NCBI GenBank assembly: GCA_963850305.1
Contig: CAWKKR010000004.1
Location: forward strand, 224,001 to 288,000
Reading direction: 5' to 3'
Source of the DNA: an uncultured delta proteobacterium
Lineage (GTDB): Bacteria; Myxococcota_A; Polyangia; Polyangiales; Polyangiaceae
Length of the DNA stretch: 64,000 bases
Each line of letters starts with the position of its first letter. The first letter of the stretch is position 1. A model generated the notes under the pieces. The model was not told the DNA's origin, searched no databases, and saw only the letters and a list, made by a program, of their open reading frames with translations. Both the position numbers and the translations under genes were made by a program. This document shows positions 50,404 to 60,381 of the stretch, one piece after another.

Positions 50404-51448
50404 ATGTCGTCGGCCGACGTTCCCCTCCTCCGGATCGACGACCTCGCCGTCCATTTTCGAACGGACGCCGGTGAAGTGCACGCACTCGATGGCGTGTCGT
50501 ACGACATCCGTCGCGGCGAGACGCTCGCGGTCGTCGGAGAATCGGGGTGCGGCAAGTCCGTCACCGCACTCGCGATCCTCCGACTCATTCCGTCTCCGCC
50601 GGGACGCGTCGTGCGCGGCGTCATCGAATTCGAAGGCGAGCACCTGGAACGGGTCACCGAAGCGCGGTTGCGAGCAATCCGCGGCAATGAAATCGCAATG
50701 ATCTTCCAGGAGCCGATGACGAGCTTGAACCCCGTGTTCACCGTCGGCGACCAGATCGGCGAGGTGCTTGGTGATTCACGCGCGACTATCGCAGGAGGCG
50801 GCGCGCGCAGAATGCATCCGGCTGCTGCGCGTAGTCGGGATTTCGTCGCCCGAGCTACGCGTGGACGAATATCCGCATCAGCTGTCGGGCGGAATGCGGC
50901 AGCGCGTGATGATAGCCATGGCTCTCGCCTGCAGGCCGAAGCTCCTGATCGCGGACGAGCCCACGACGGCTCTGGACGTCACCGTGCAGGCCCAGATTCT
51001 CGATTTGCTGAGACGAATTCAAGGCGAGCTCGGGATGAGCCTCATGCTGATCACGCACGACCTCGGAGTCGTCGCGGAAACGGCGCATCGAGTCGTCGTG
51101 ATGTACGCCGGCCTCGTCGCGGAGCGTGCGACGGCGTCGGCATTGTTCACACGCCCCCGCCATCCGTACACGGCGGGGTTGTTTCGCTCGTTACCTCGTC
51201 TATCGGGTGGCGATGAAGAGCTGCGGCCCATCGACGGCGCGGTGCCGGATGCGCTTCATTTCCCCGACGGGTGTCGTTTCCATCCGCGCTGTCCGTATGT
51301 GATGAACGCATGTCGGAAGTGCACGCCGCCGCTCGTCAATCGAGCGGCGAGCGGCGAGGAAGAACACTGGTCCGCCTGCTTTTACGTCGACGAGCACCCG
51401 GAGGCTAACCTGCTCCGGTTCCGCGTTTCGGCCGAGGATGACCCGTGA
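50404..51448 (+). CDS. OppD/DppD ATPase (apparent +1 frameshift at ~50769)
   Basis: [19 protein letters not shown], then next frame [31 protein letters not shown]. Confidence 0.9.
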
Positions 51449-53079
51449 CGGAGTCCGCTGCTCCGCGTCGAGAGGCTCACGAAGCATTTTCCGGTGACTC
51501 GCGGCATCCTCGGTCGAGTCGTGGGACAGGTGCAAGCCGTCGACGATGTATCTTTCGACATTGCACCAGGCGAAACGCTGGGACTGGTAGGCGAATCTGG
51601 GTGCGGCAAGACGACGGTCGGGCGCTCCGTACTCCAGCTCGTTCGCCCGACGTCCGGCCGCGTGCTCTTCGAAGGAAGGGACGTATCACGACTTTCCCCC
51701 AAGGAACTGCGCGGCCTCCGGCGAGAGCTCCAGGTCATCTTTCAAGACCCATTCAGCTCACTGAACCCACGGATGCGCGTGGTGGACCTGATCGGCGAAG
51801 CACTGGAGATCCACGGCACCTGGCAAGGGGCCAGGAGATGGAACGGCGCGTCCAGGAGCTCCTCCGGCGTGTTGGGCTTTCGCCCGGCTGGCTCAACCGA
51901 TACCCGCATGAGTTTTCCGGCGGCCAGCGACAGCGAATCGGCGTGGCGCGCGCGATCGCCCTCGCAGCCGAAGCTCATCGTCTGCGACGAGGCGGTGTCC
52001 GCTCTCGACGTTTCGATCCAGGCACAGGTCATCAATCTGCTCATCGAGCTGCGGCGCGAGATGAACCTTTCGTACCTGTTCATCGCGCACGATCTCTCGG
52101 TCGTCCGGCATGTATCGCACCGCGTCGCCGTGATGTATCTCGGGCAGCTGGTCGAGCTCGCGCCGGCAAAACGTCTCTTCGACGCGCCCGCGCATCCGTA
52201 CACCCGCGCGTTGCTCTCGGCGATCCCGTTCCCATCCCGGGACGAGAACGGCGCCGGATCGTGCTCCAGGGGGATGTGCCAACGCCGCTCGATCCTCCGC
52301 ACGGGTGTCGCTTCCACACGCGGTGTCCGGCGGTGCGCGATCAATGCCGCGCCGAAGAGCCGCGGACCGTGCAGGTCGAGCCAGGACATGGGGTGAAGTG
52401 CATCCACGCGGACGGGCTCGCCGGGGCATCCGATTGGTTCGACCAGATGAGTGGACGGATCGATCGAGCCACTGCCGACAACGGCATTGAACGAGCGATT
52501 TGTTCGACGCCGGCCGACGAGCCCGTCCAGGGCAGAATGGAGGTCGATTCCCTCGAAAGGCCGGACGAGTCGGCGGGGCCCGACGAGGAGGACGCGCCCC
52601 TGGATCTCAGGGGGCTCGGGTTCCTGTTACTCGGGATTGGAGCCCTGGCGACGCTTTATGGATGGGCGCTCGGAACCCTGCTCGCCGCGGGCGGCTATTT
52701 CGCGCTCGTACGACCGCGTCTGGTTCTCCGTGCCCGGACCGACGTCGCACTTGCGGTGGCGTTCGTGGGATGCCTGGCGATCGGCAATGTCGAAGCACGG
52801 GCAAGAAAGCGGTCGCTGGCCGAGTGGCAGTTTGCACGGCTATCGGCTGAAATCGCCGCACGAAGACGGCTCACTGGCGAACTTCCATCGGAACTCGGGG
52901 AGCTCGGATGGCGGCTCTATCCAATTTTCGAAGGCGGCAGACCGGTCGATCCGTGGGGTCGACCTTGGCGCTATCGAAGCCACGCGGCGACGGGGAGCGA
53001 CGGGCGGTCGTTCGACCTCGGCAGCACGGGCCCCGACGGCGTGCCAAGCGGCGATGACGTTGGGCGTGTTCCCCGCTGA
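51445..53079 (+). CDS. OppF/DppF ATPase continuing into TM helices and a GspG-like domain (four apparent indels at ~51451, ~51818, ~51963, ~52227)
   Basis: Alternating between two frames: [47 protein letters not shown]; then with no stop, ~3 TMs and [11 protein letters not shown]...[10 protein letters not shown]...DDV. Confidence 0.8.
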   Translation: MTESAAPRREAHEAFSGDSRHPRSSRGTGASRRRCIFRHCTRRNAGTGRRIWVRQDDGRALRTPARSPDVRPRALRRKGRITTFPQGTARPPARAPGHLSRPIQLTEPTDARGGPDRRSTGDPRHLARGQEMERRVQELLRRVGLSPGWLNRYPHEFSGGQRQRIGVARAIALAAEAHRLRRGGVRSRRFDPGTGHQSAHRAAARDEPFVPVHRARSLGRPACIAPRRRDVSRAAGRARAGKTSLRRARASVHPRVALGDPVPIPGRERRRIVLQGDVPTPLDPPHGCRFHTRCPAVRDQCRAEEPRTVQVEPGHGVKCIHADGLAGASDWFDQMSGRIDRATADNGIERAICSTPADEPVQGRMEVDSLERPDESAGPDEEDAPLDLRGLGFLLLGIGALATLYGWALGTLLAAGGYFALVRPRLVLRARTDVALAVAFVGCLAIGNVEARARKRSLAEWQFARLSAEIAARRRLTGELPSELGELGWRLYPIFEGGRPVDPWGRPWRYRSHAATGSDGRSFDLGSTGPDGVPSGDDVGRVPR

Positions 53080-53101
53080 CCTCCCCGGCTATCATGCCGT
53101 G

Positions 53102-53587
53102 ATGCATCGCCTCGTCCCAGTGGTGATCCTCGCGCTTTCGTCGGGGTGCAGCAGTTCCCCTCATGGTCGACAGAGCGGCGATGCAGGCCCGAGCGTTGCT
53201 ACCGAAGGGGACGCTTCTTCGCTCGGCACCGCCGGAACGCCAGGCACCGACTCGGGGAGATTACCGTGTCCATTCTCCAATTTTAGCAGCGCACCGCTGC
53301 CGTGCTTGCAGGACTGGGCCCACACGTCATCGACCAATCCCCGCGGATGCAGCCTGCGGATTGGAGCATACCGCGCGAACTGCGCCCCCTACGACACGCT
53401 AATTTCCAATGATCCGAGCTCCGAGAGTTGGTGCTTCTACTCGCGCACGACCGGCGATCTCATCGGCTGGAAGACCACGGTCGGCTCATCCCTGACTTGC
53501 GGCTCCTTCGATTTCGATTTCGCGTTGCCAGATACGACCTCGTGCACCCCTGCGAGCGGCGTTGCGTGCTCGGACGGCGGCTCGTAG
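53102..53587 (+). CDS. Cys-containing lipoprotein
   Basis: MHRLVPVVILALSSGC lipobox; DAG linker; CFYSRTTGDLIG. Confidence 0.7.
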   Translation: MHRLVPVVILALSSGCSSSPHGRQSGDAGPSVATEGDASSLGTAGTPGTDSGRLPCPFSNFSSAPLPCLQDWAHTSSTNPRGCSLRIGAYRANCAPYDTLISNDPSSESWCFYSRTTGDLIGWKTTVGSSLTCGSFDFDFALPDTTSCTPASGVACSDGGS

Positions 53588-53608
53588 CACTGCGATTAGA
53601 GACTCGAG

Positions 53609-53676
53609 CTTCGCCGGGGGCCAAAGACTACAAGAGCAATCCTGGCCCCAAGGTCGCCCAGGGCGACCCCGCGAAC
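53609..53676 (-). other. structured RNA element 3' of the HNH gene (terminator or ncRNA)
   Basis: On the minus strand, TTCGC/GCGAA encloses hairpins GGGGTCGCC-CTG-GGCGACCTT and GGGGCCAGGATTGC-TCTT-GTAGTCT(T)TGGCCCC. Confidence 0.5.
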
Positions 53677-53677
53677 G

Positions 53678-54196
53678 CTAGCTGGCGACGTCGATGCCGA
53701 GGTACGGAACCCATTCGGCCGGAGCGCCGTATTCCGCAGCGAGCGTCTTCCCGAGTGGCAGGGCCTTGGGGTGGTAGGGCTCGCGTCGGGGAAACATCCC
53801 CGCTTGATCGCACGTACGATGGCCCTTGCGCGCATTGCACGGTCGGCACGCCGTCACGATGTTGGTGAACGTTTTCCGTCCGCCGCGCGAGCGCGGTATG
53901 ACGTGGTCGAAAGTGAGATCCTTTTCAGCCAGGGTCCGGTCACAGTACTGGCAGGTGAAGCGATCACGCAGGTACACGTTGGTGCGCGAGAACTTGACGC
54001 CAAGCGCACGAGTCGGAACAACGCGCCTCTGGCGCACCACCGCCGGAAGCTTCCACGTGATCGACGGCGAACGGATCTCCTCGTCGTACTCGGCCAGCAC
54101 GTCGACATTGTCCAGGTACACGAGCTTGATGGCGTCCTGCCAACCGAGGACGCGCATGGGCAAATACCAGGCAGAGAGTAGGAGCGTCCTCTTCAT
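53678..54196 (-). CDS. HNH endonuclease (McrA/HNH_5-like, Zn-binding)
   Basis: TLLLSAWYLP, FSRTNVYLRDRFTCQYC, TFDHVIPRSRGG, NIVTACRPCNARKG. Confidence 0.93.
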   Translation of the reverse strand: MKRTLLLSAWYLPMRVLGWQDAIKLVYLDNVDVLAEYDEEIRSPSITWKLPAVVRQRRVVPTRALGVKFSRTNVYLRDRFTCQYCDRTLAEKDLTFDHVIPRSRGGRKTFTNIVTACRPCNARKGHRTCDQAGMFPRREPYHPKALPLGKTLAAEYGAPAEWVPYLGIDVAS

Positions 54197-54298
54197 ACGG
54201 CGCTTAGCCTTGGCTCACCCGCTCATTCAGTCAAGAAGGTAAAGTGACCCCTGGATCCCCGGCATCATCGTCGTTCGGGGGTCCCACGTCTAGCCCTC

Positions 54299-56326
54299 AT
54301 GGACAGAACGCTCCTCGGGATCGTGGTCGCATTCAGCGCGGCACTCGGGCTCGTTGGACTGACCTTTTCGCGTTCGTCGGAGGGACGTGCGGATTTTCGG
54401 TTCGTGAACGGGACCGAGCCCAAAACCCTCGATCCTCAGCTCATTACCGGGCAACCCGAGGCGCGAATCGCGCAGGAAATTTTCGAAGGCCTCACACGGC
54501 TCGATGCGAAAACGCTGCGCCCAGTGCAAGGGGTAGCCACATCCTGGGACGTATCCACGGACGGTCTTCGTTTTACCTTTCACCTGAGGCCCGACGCGCG
54601 CTGGACGGATGGCCGCACCGTGACCGCAGCGGACTTCGTCTACGCCTGGAAGCGCCTCCTCGACCCGACGACGGCGGCGGAATACGCATATATATTGTTT
54701 CCGATCCGCTACGCGGAAGCCTTGAACACGGCCGACGGCTATGCAGATGCCCTGTCGGGCCCGGTCATGAGCGCGCTCGGGCAACTGAAGCGCGAACACG
54801 CGAACGGGCTGAGCGGTCGAGAGTGGCAGGTCTTCGTGTCGAAGAATCACCTGAACGAGCCGCTTCGGAACGAACACGACCCGCGGTTGGATGAACTTCT
54901 GTCACGACGAACTCGCCCGGTCACTGCGGTGGATCTCGAGTGGCTTCGAGGAATCGTCGGCGCCGTCGCCGTGCGACAGCGTGCTGCGGCCGCCGATGCT
55001 CGCGTGCACTTCGGGAAGGACGGTGGGGTGTTCGCCCCCGATGCGAGGACGCTGGTGGTCGAACTGCGCGCAGCGACGCCATACTTCCTGCAACTCACGT
55101 CGTTCTTCTCCACCCTGCCCGTGCCGAGCTGGGTCGTCGAAGCTAGGGGACGACGCGACGATTGGTTCCTGCCGGAGCACATCGTCACGAACGGTCCATT
55201 CCGCCTGTCGAGATGGCTCTTGAACGATCACATACGGCTCGTCCGGAACGACTCTTATTGGGGACGCGCGGAGGTCAAGCTCCGGAGTATCGACGCCCTC
55301 GCGACGGAGAGCGACACGACCGCACTGAATCTCTATCTGACGCACGAAGTGGACTGGCTGCCGTCATCCTACCCACTCGATCTGGTGGACGAGCTTCGGC
55401 GGCGCCCCGACTTCTATGCAAACCCTGGGCTCATGGTTTACTTCTACCGATTCAACACCACAGCCCCGCCCTTCGACGATCGCCGGGTGCGTGAAGCGTT
55501 GAACCTCGCGGTGGACAGAAAGCTCATCGTGGAGCAGGTGCTCGGCCTCGGGCAGATCCCGGCTGAGACGTTCGTCCCGCCCGGAATGCCCGGTTATGTC
55601 GCGCCCGATAGCGACATCCGGTTCGACCTGGCTCGCGCGAGAAAGCTGTTGTCCGACGCCGGATATCCCGACGGCATCGGCTTCCCCGAAGTCGGGATCC
55701 TGTACAACACGAGTCAGAGCCACAAGAAGGTCGCTGAAGTCATCGCGGATCAACTACGACGAAATCTCGGGATCCGGGTCAACGCCTACAATCAGGAGTG
55801 GCAATCGTTTCTCGACACGGTTCGGACTCGCGATTACGCGATCGCGAGGGGCGGCTGGATCGGCGACTATGCAGATCCGAACACGTTCCTCGACATGTGG
55901 GTCACGAACGGCGGCAACAACGAGACCGGCTTCAGCTCCCCGCTGTACGATTCCCTGATCGCGGCGGCCGCCGACGTGGGCGCTTTCGCGAGCGCTCCCG
56001 ACGCGCTCCTGACACGCATGAAGCGTCCGGACGACGTCCGCGCGGCGTTGCACGACGCCGGTGAAGCGACGAGCGGCTCGCAAAAGCGTGACGCGCTGGC
56101 ACACGTGCGCATGCTGCTGTTCCGCGAAGCAGAATCGATTCTCGTCCAGGACGAGTTCCCCATCTTGCCCCTCTACTTTTACGTCGCGAGTGGGCTGGTA
56201 TCGCCGAAAGTTCGGGGCTTTTACTCCACGCTCCTGTTCGAGGACGGGAAAAGCGCGCCCAATCTCCAGGACCTCCACCCGCTGCGCGACGTCGCGATCG
56301 CCGGAGGAGCGGCAGGGAATCCATGA
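54299..56326 (+). CDS. OppA peptide-binding protein, N-terminally anchored, with helical insertions
   Basis: NGTEPKTLDP, FEGLTR, ARWTDG...VTAADFVYAWKR, VTNGPF, PFDDRRVREAL, GWIGDYADPNTFL. Confidence 0.92.
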   Translation: MDRTLLGIVVAFSAALGLVGLTFSRSSEGRADFRFVNGTEPKTLDPQLITGQPEARIAQEIFEGLTRLDAKTLRPVQGVATSWDVSTDGLRFTFHLRPDARWTDGRTVTAADFVYAWKRLLDPTTAAEYAYILFPIRYAEALNTADGYADALSGPVMSALGQLKREHANGLSGREWQVFVSKNHLNEPLRNEHDPRLDELLSRRTRPVTAVDLEWLRGIVGAVAVRQRAAAADARVHFGKDGGVFAPDARTLVVELRAATPYFLQLTSFFSTLPVPSWVVEARGRRDDWFLPEHIVTNGPFRLSRWLLNDHIRLVRNDSYWGRAEVKLRSIDALATESDTTALNLYLTHEVDWLPSSYPLDLVDELRRRPDFYANPGLMVYFYRFNTTAPPFDDRRVREALNLAVDRKLIVEQVLGLGQIPAETFVPPGMPGYVAPDSDIRFDLARARKLLSDAGYPDGIGFPEVGILYNTSQSHKKVAEVIADQLRRNLGIRVNAYNQEWQSFLDTVRTRDYAIARGGWIGDYADPNTFLDMWVTNGGNNETGFSSPLYDSLIAAAADVGAFASAPDALLTRMKRPDDVRAALHDAGEATSGSQKRDALAHVRMLLFREAESILVQDEFPILPLYFYVASGLVSPKVRGFYSTLLFEDGKSAPNLQDLHPLRDVAIAGGAAGNP

Positions 56327-57514
56327 CCGGAGCGCGCATCGCCATCGCGGGGACCGGGAGCGCCTTTGCGCTGCTGGTCGCTTGCGCTGCCCTGGGCCCT
56401 TCCCAGGGGCTCGCGCTGGCGGCGGGCATCGGGGCCGTCTCGTCGACCGCATGGCTCGGCCCACGCTCGGCGCGCGTCGTCGGCGGCATCTGCGGCGCCC
56501 TGGTGATCTTTGCACTCGGGCGCGCGGCGTTCGGCTCCGTGATCGGAGCCGTGCTCTCGCTCACCCTCGGCGCGGTGGCATGGCAGAAACTCCCCGTGCG
56601 TGTCCTCCGGCGGATCGCGTTTCTCCTTCCCTCGCTGGTGCTCCTCGTATTCACCACGACGCTGCTGATGTACCGGGCCCCCGGCAGCCCATTTTCCGCA
56701 GGAGCGGGTCGCGAGCCCGCAGGTGGAAGCCGCGCTCCGTGCACACTATGGCGTTCCGAAGAATGCGAACGAGTTCTTCGCGATCTACATGCGGCGGCTG
56801 ATCGTCGACGGTACGCTGGGACCGAGCCTCAAGGTTCAAGGACGCAGCGTCGAGCAGCTGCTTCTGCCTGCGTTGCCGATCAGCATCACGCTAGGATTGC
56901 TCGCGCTCGTCATCGCCACGGCGTCGGGCCTCACGCTCGGTGTCATCGCGGGGCTTCGCCCAAACTCGGCCATCGACCACGGCAGCATGGCACTTTCGAT
57001 GCTGGGCATTTCATTGCCGAATTTCGTGATCGGCGCTGCGCTGATGATCGTGTTCGCCCTCGAACTCGGATGGCTGCCCGTCGCTGGTTGGGGGGACTAC
57101 CGGCATCTCGTCATGCCCGCGATTACCTTAGCATTGCCGTACTCGGCGTACATCGCGCGTCTGGCGCGCAGCGGAACCATGGAGGTGATGCAGCAGGACT
57201 TCATCCGGACCGCGCGCGCCAAGGGTGTAGGCGAGCGCGACGTCGTCCTGAGGCACGCGCTGCGTGGCGCAATTCTCCCGGTCGTGTCCTTTCTCGGCCC
57301 GGCCGCTGCCGGGATCCTGACGGGCTCCTTCGTCGTGGAGACTCTCTTCGGGATTCCGGGAGTCGGACAGTGGTTCGTGAAGGGGGCCATCAATCGCGAC
57401 TACTCCGTGGTCCTGGGCACGGCGATTCTCTATGCGAGCCTCGTTACCGGATTCAACTTGGCGGTCGATCTTGCGTACGCGTGGCTCGATCCTCGCGTGA
57501 GAGGCCAACTGTGA
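56323..57514 (+). CDS. OppB permease with extra N-terminal TMs (apparent +1 frameshift at ~56698)
   Basis: RAPGSPFS joins QERVASPQVEAAL; ISLPNFV, DFIRTARAKG, NRDYSVV, DLAYAWLDPRV. Confidence 0.88.
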
Positions 57515-58374
57515 GCCCCGGGCGCAGCCCGTGGGAGGGGGCGCGCGCTCGCCTGTTCAGGAACAGGCTTGCATTCTCGGGCGCGCTGGCCGTCACGGTC
57601 ATCGCTGTCGCGTGCTTCACGCTCCCGCGACTCATGGGGCTCGACCCGAACACGACGCATCCGGCGGCGAAACACCTCCCGCCCTCCGCTGTGCACGTGC
57701 TCGGGACGGACTCGCTCGGGCGCGACTACCTCGCCCGCGTGCTCATGGGCGGCCAGACGTCGCTCCTCATAGGGTTCACCGCGGCGGTCGCCTCGGGGTT
57801 CATCGGGGTCCTGTACGGTTCTGTATCTGGCTACTACGGTGGTCGGATAGACGACATCATGATGCGCATCGTGGATTTCCTCTACGGCATCCCGTACATG
57901 TTCCTCGTCATCTTGATCATGCTCCTGTTCTCGGAGACGGCGCGAGGCAATCCGATTCCCGTCTTCCTCGCCCTCGGGCTCGTCGAGTGGCTGACGATGG
58001 CGCGCGTGGTGCGCGGGCAGGTGCTCACCCTCCGAGATCGGGAGTTCGTGCTCGCGTCGCGACTCCTGGGCGCGAGCGACGGACGCGTGATCGTGCGTCA
58101 CCTCTTCCCCAACATCGCTGGCGTCGTGATCGTCTACGGGACCCTGACGATCCCGTCGGTCATCATTCTCGAATCATTTCTGTCGTTTCTCGGGCTCGGC
58201 TTGAAGCTGTCGTGGGGACAGCTCGTCGCCGAGGCAGTCGGGGTCGTGAACCCGATAAGATCGTACTGGTGGCTGCTCGTCTTTCCGAGCGCCCTCCTCG
58301 CGACGACTCTGTTCAGTCTGAACTTCCTGGGAGACGGCCTGCGGGACGCCGTGGATCCGAAGGCGCGCAGATGA
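57511..58374 (+). CDS. OppC permease
   Basis: GTGA overlap; LGTDSLGRD, RHLFPN, ESFLSFLGLG, NFLGDGLRDAVDP. Confidence 0.92.
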   Translation: MSPGRSPWEGARARLFRNRLAFSGALAVTVIAVACFTLPRLMGLDPNTTHPAAKHLPPSAVHVLGTDSLGRDYLARVLMGGQTSLLIGFTAAVASGFIGVLYGSVSGYYGGRIDDIMMRIVDFLYGIPYMFLVILIMLLFSETARGNPIPVFLALGLVEWLTMARVVRGQVLTLRDREFVLASRLLGASDGRVIVRHLFPNIAGVVIVYGTLTIPSVIILESFLSFLGLGLKLSWGQLVAEAVGVVNPIRSYWWLLVFPSALLATTLFSLNFLGDGLRDAVDPKARR

Positions 58375-59367
58375 CCGGTCCCGGAACGCGCCCGCTGCTC
58401 GACGTTCAGAATCTCCACACGGAGTTCGAAAGCGATGGGGGGGCCGTCCGTGCGGTCGACGGACTCTCGTTCTCGCTTGCGAGGGGAGGAGATCCTGGGC
58501 ATCGTCGGCGAATCCGGCTGCGGGAAGAGCGCCGCGAGCCTCTCGCTTTTGCGGCTCCTGTCGCCAGGAGGGCGGATCCGGGGCGGTCGCGTGCTCTTCG
58601 ACGGAGTCGACCTGACGACGCTCTCGGACGAAGAAATGCGGCGCGTCCGCGGCCGTCGCATCGCGATGATCTTTCAGGATCCGATGACGTCCCTGAACCC
58701 GTACATGCGCGTCGAAGAACAGCTGGCGGAGGGCCCCATTCTCCACCTCGGTCTCTCCAGAAAGGCGGCGGTCGCTCGAGCCGTCGCACTCCTCGATCGG
58801 GTCGGGATTCCGGACGCACGCGCGCGCGCGCGCGGATACCCGCACGAGCTTTCGGGCGGAATGCGCCAGAGGGTGATGATCGCGATGGCGCTCCTGTGCG
58901 ATCCGGAGCTTCTGATCGCCGATGAACCGACCACGGCGCTCGACGTGACGATCCAGGCGGAGATTCTGGACTTGCTCCGGGAACTCGCCCGCGAGCGGGG
59001 ACTGGCGGTCATCCTGATCACCCACGACCTCGGAGTCGTCTGGGGGCTCGCCGACCACTTGCTCGTCATGTATGCAGGTCGCGTCGTCGAATACGGACCA
59101 GCGGCACGTGTCCTCGAGCGCCCGCTACATCCGTACACGCTCGCGCTCCTGTCGAGCATCCCGAGGGTCGACCGGGCGGGAGGAGGCCGGCTCGAGAGCA
59201 TCTCCGGAATGCCGCCGCGACTGGGTGCACGCCCGCTCGAGGAGTGCGCCTTCGCACCGCGTTGCCGATTCGTCCGTGACGCCTGTCGAGCCAAAGAACC
59301 CGACCTGATCCCGTCTGGGCTGCACCGCGCGCGACGCTGCATCCTCCCTGAAGAGGAGTTGCCATGA
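58371..59367 (+). CDS. OppD ATPase (apparent +1 frameshift at ~58487)
   Basis: MTGPGTRPLLDVQNL...AVDGLSFSLARG, then next frame [33 protein letters not shown]. Confidence 0.9.
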
Positions 59368-60350
59368 GCGATGCTCTCCTTCTGGAACTGGCCGATGTCT
59401 CCGTTCTTTACGCTGCGGAACCCCATCCCATACGAGCAGTAGACCGCGTGAGCTTGCGGGTCGCGCCGGGAGAGACACTCGCTCTGGTCGGCGAATCGGG
59501 TTGCGGCAAATCCACCGTGGCCCGAGCGGTGATGGGTCTCGTCCGTCCGACGTCGGGGTCCATTCGTTACCGAGGCCACCCCTTGTCGCCACTCGGCGAT
59601 CGGGCGAGGCGAAGGTTCCTGACGAAGATTCAGATGATCTTCCAGGATCCGGATGCGAGTCTGAATCCGCGATTCACGATCGGGAGCTCGATTGCAGAGC
59701 CCATCGAAATCAACGGCCCCCGTCTTGCGCGTGCGGAGATGAGTGACCGAATCTCGTCGTTGATGAACAGCGTCGGCCTGCATCCGGAGCTCGGCAGTCG
59801 CTATCCGCACGAGCTGTCCGGAGGCCAGCGGCAGCGGGTATGCATCGCGCGGGCACTCGCCGTGAGACCGGAACTGCTGGTCTGCGACGAAGCCGTGTCG
59901 GCGCTCGACGTGTCGGTCCAGGCGCAGATCTTGAACCTTCTGGTGGAGCTGCGCGAGACGTTTGGGCTCTCGTACCTTTTCATCACCCACGATCTGAGGG
60001 TCGTCCGGCATCTGTCCAATCGAGTGGCCGTTATGTATCTCGGGCAGCTCGTCGAAGTGGGCTCGACGGAAGGCGTCTTCGAGCGCCCTGCTCACCCCTA
60101 CACGCGGGGACTGCTCTCCGCCGTGCCGTCCCTCCGGGCGAGGCCCGGGGCGAGAGCCTCGCTGCGCGTCCGCGGAGACGTCCCTTCGCCGGCAGATCCG
60201 CCGACGGGGTGCCATTTTCACACTCGCTGCCCGCACGCCTTCGACCGCTGCTTTCGGGAGGAGCCACACTTCTACCAGCTGGGAGGCGGAGCCTCGAGCC
60301 GCTGCTTCTTGAACGAGACGGCAGATCGCAACCCGATCCCTGGACGGTGA
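59364..60350 (+). CDS. OppF ATPase
   Basis: [47 protein letters not shown]. Confidence 0.93.
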   Translation: MSDALLLELADVSVLYAAEPHPIRAVDRVSLRVAPGETLALVGESGCGKSTVARAVMGLVRPTSGSIRYRGHPLSPLGDRARRRFLTKIQMIFQDPDASLNPRFTIGSSIAEPIEINGPRLARAEMSDRISSLMNSVGLHPELGSRYPHELSGGQRQRVCIARALAVRPELLVCDEAVSALDVSVQAQILNLLVELRETFGLSYLFITHDLRVVRHLSNRVAVMYLGQLVEVGSTEGVFERPAHPYTRGLLSAVPSLRARPGARASLRVRGDVPSPADPPTGCHFHTRCPHAFDRCFREEPHFYQLGGGASSRCFLNETADRNPIPGR

Positions 60351-60381
60351 CCCGCTTGACAGGCTAAATTCTCTGATTTCA

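Noticed and set aside
53678..54196. IscB/Cas9-like RNA-guided nuclease
   Set aside because: Only 172 aa, with no PLMP, RuvC or bridge-helix motifs. It matches a common stand-alone HNH family.
56323..58374. 683-aa OppB-OppC fusion
   Set aside because: Artefact of the +1 indel at ~56698. oppB ends at 57514 and oppC starts at GTG 57511.
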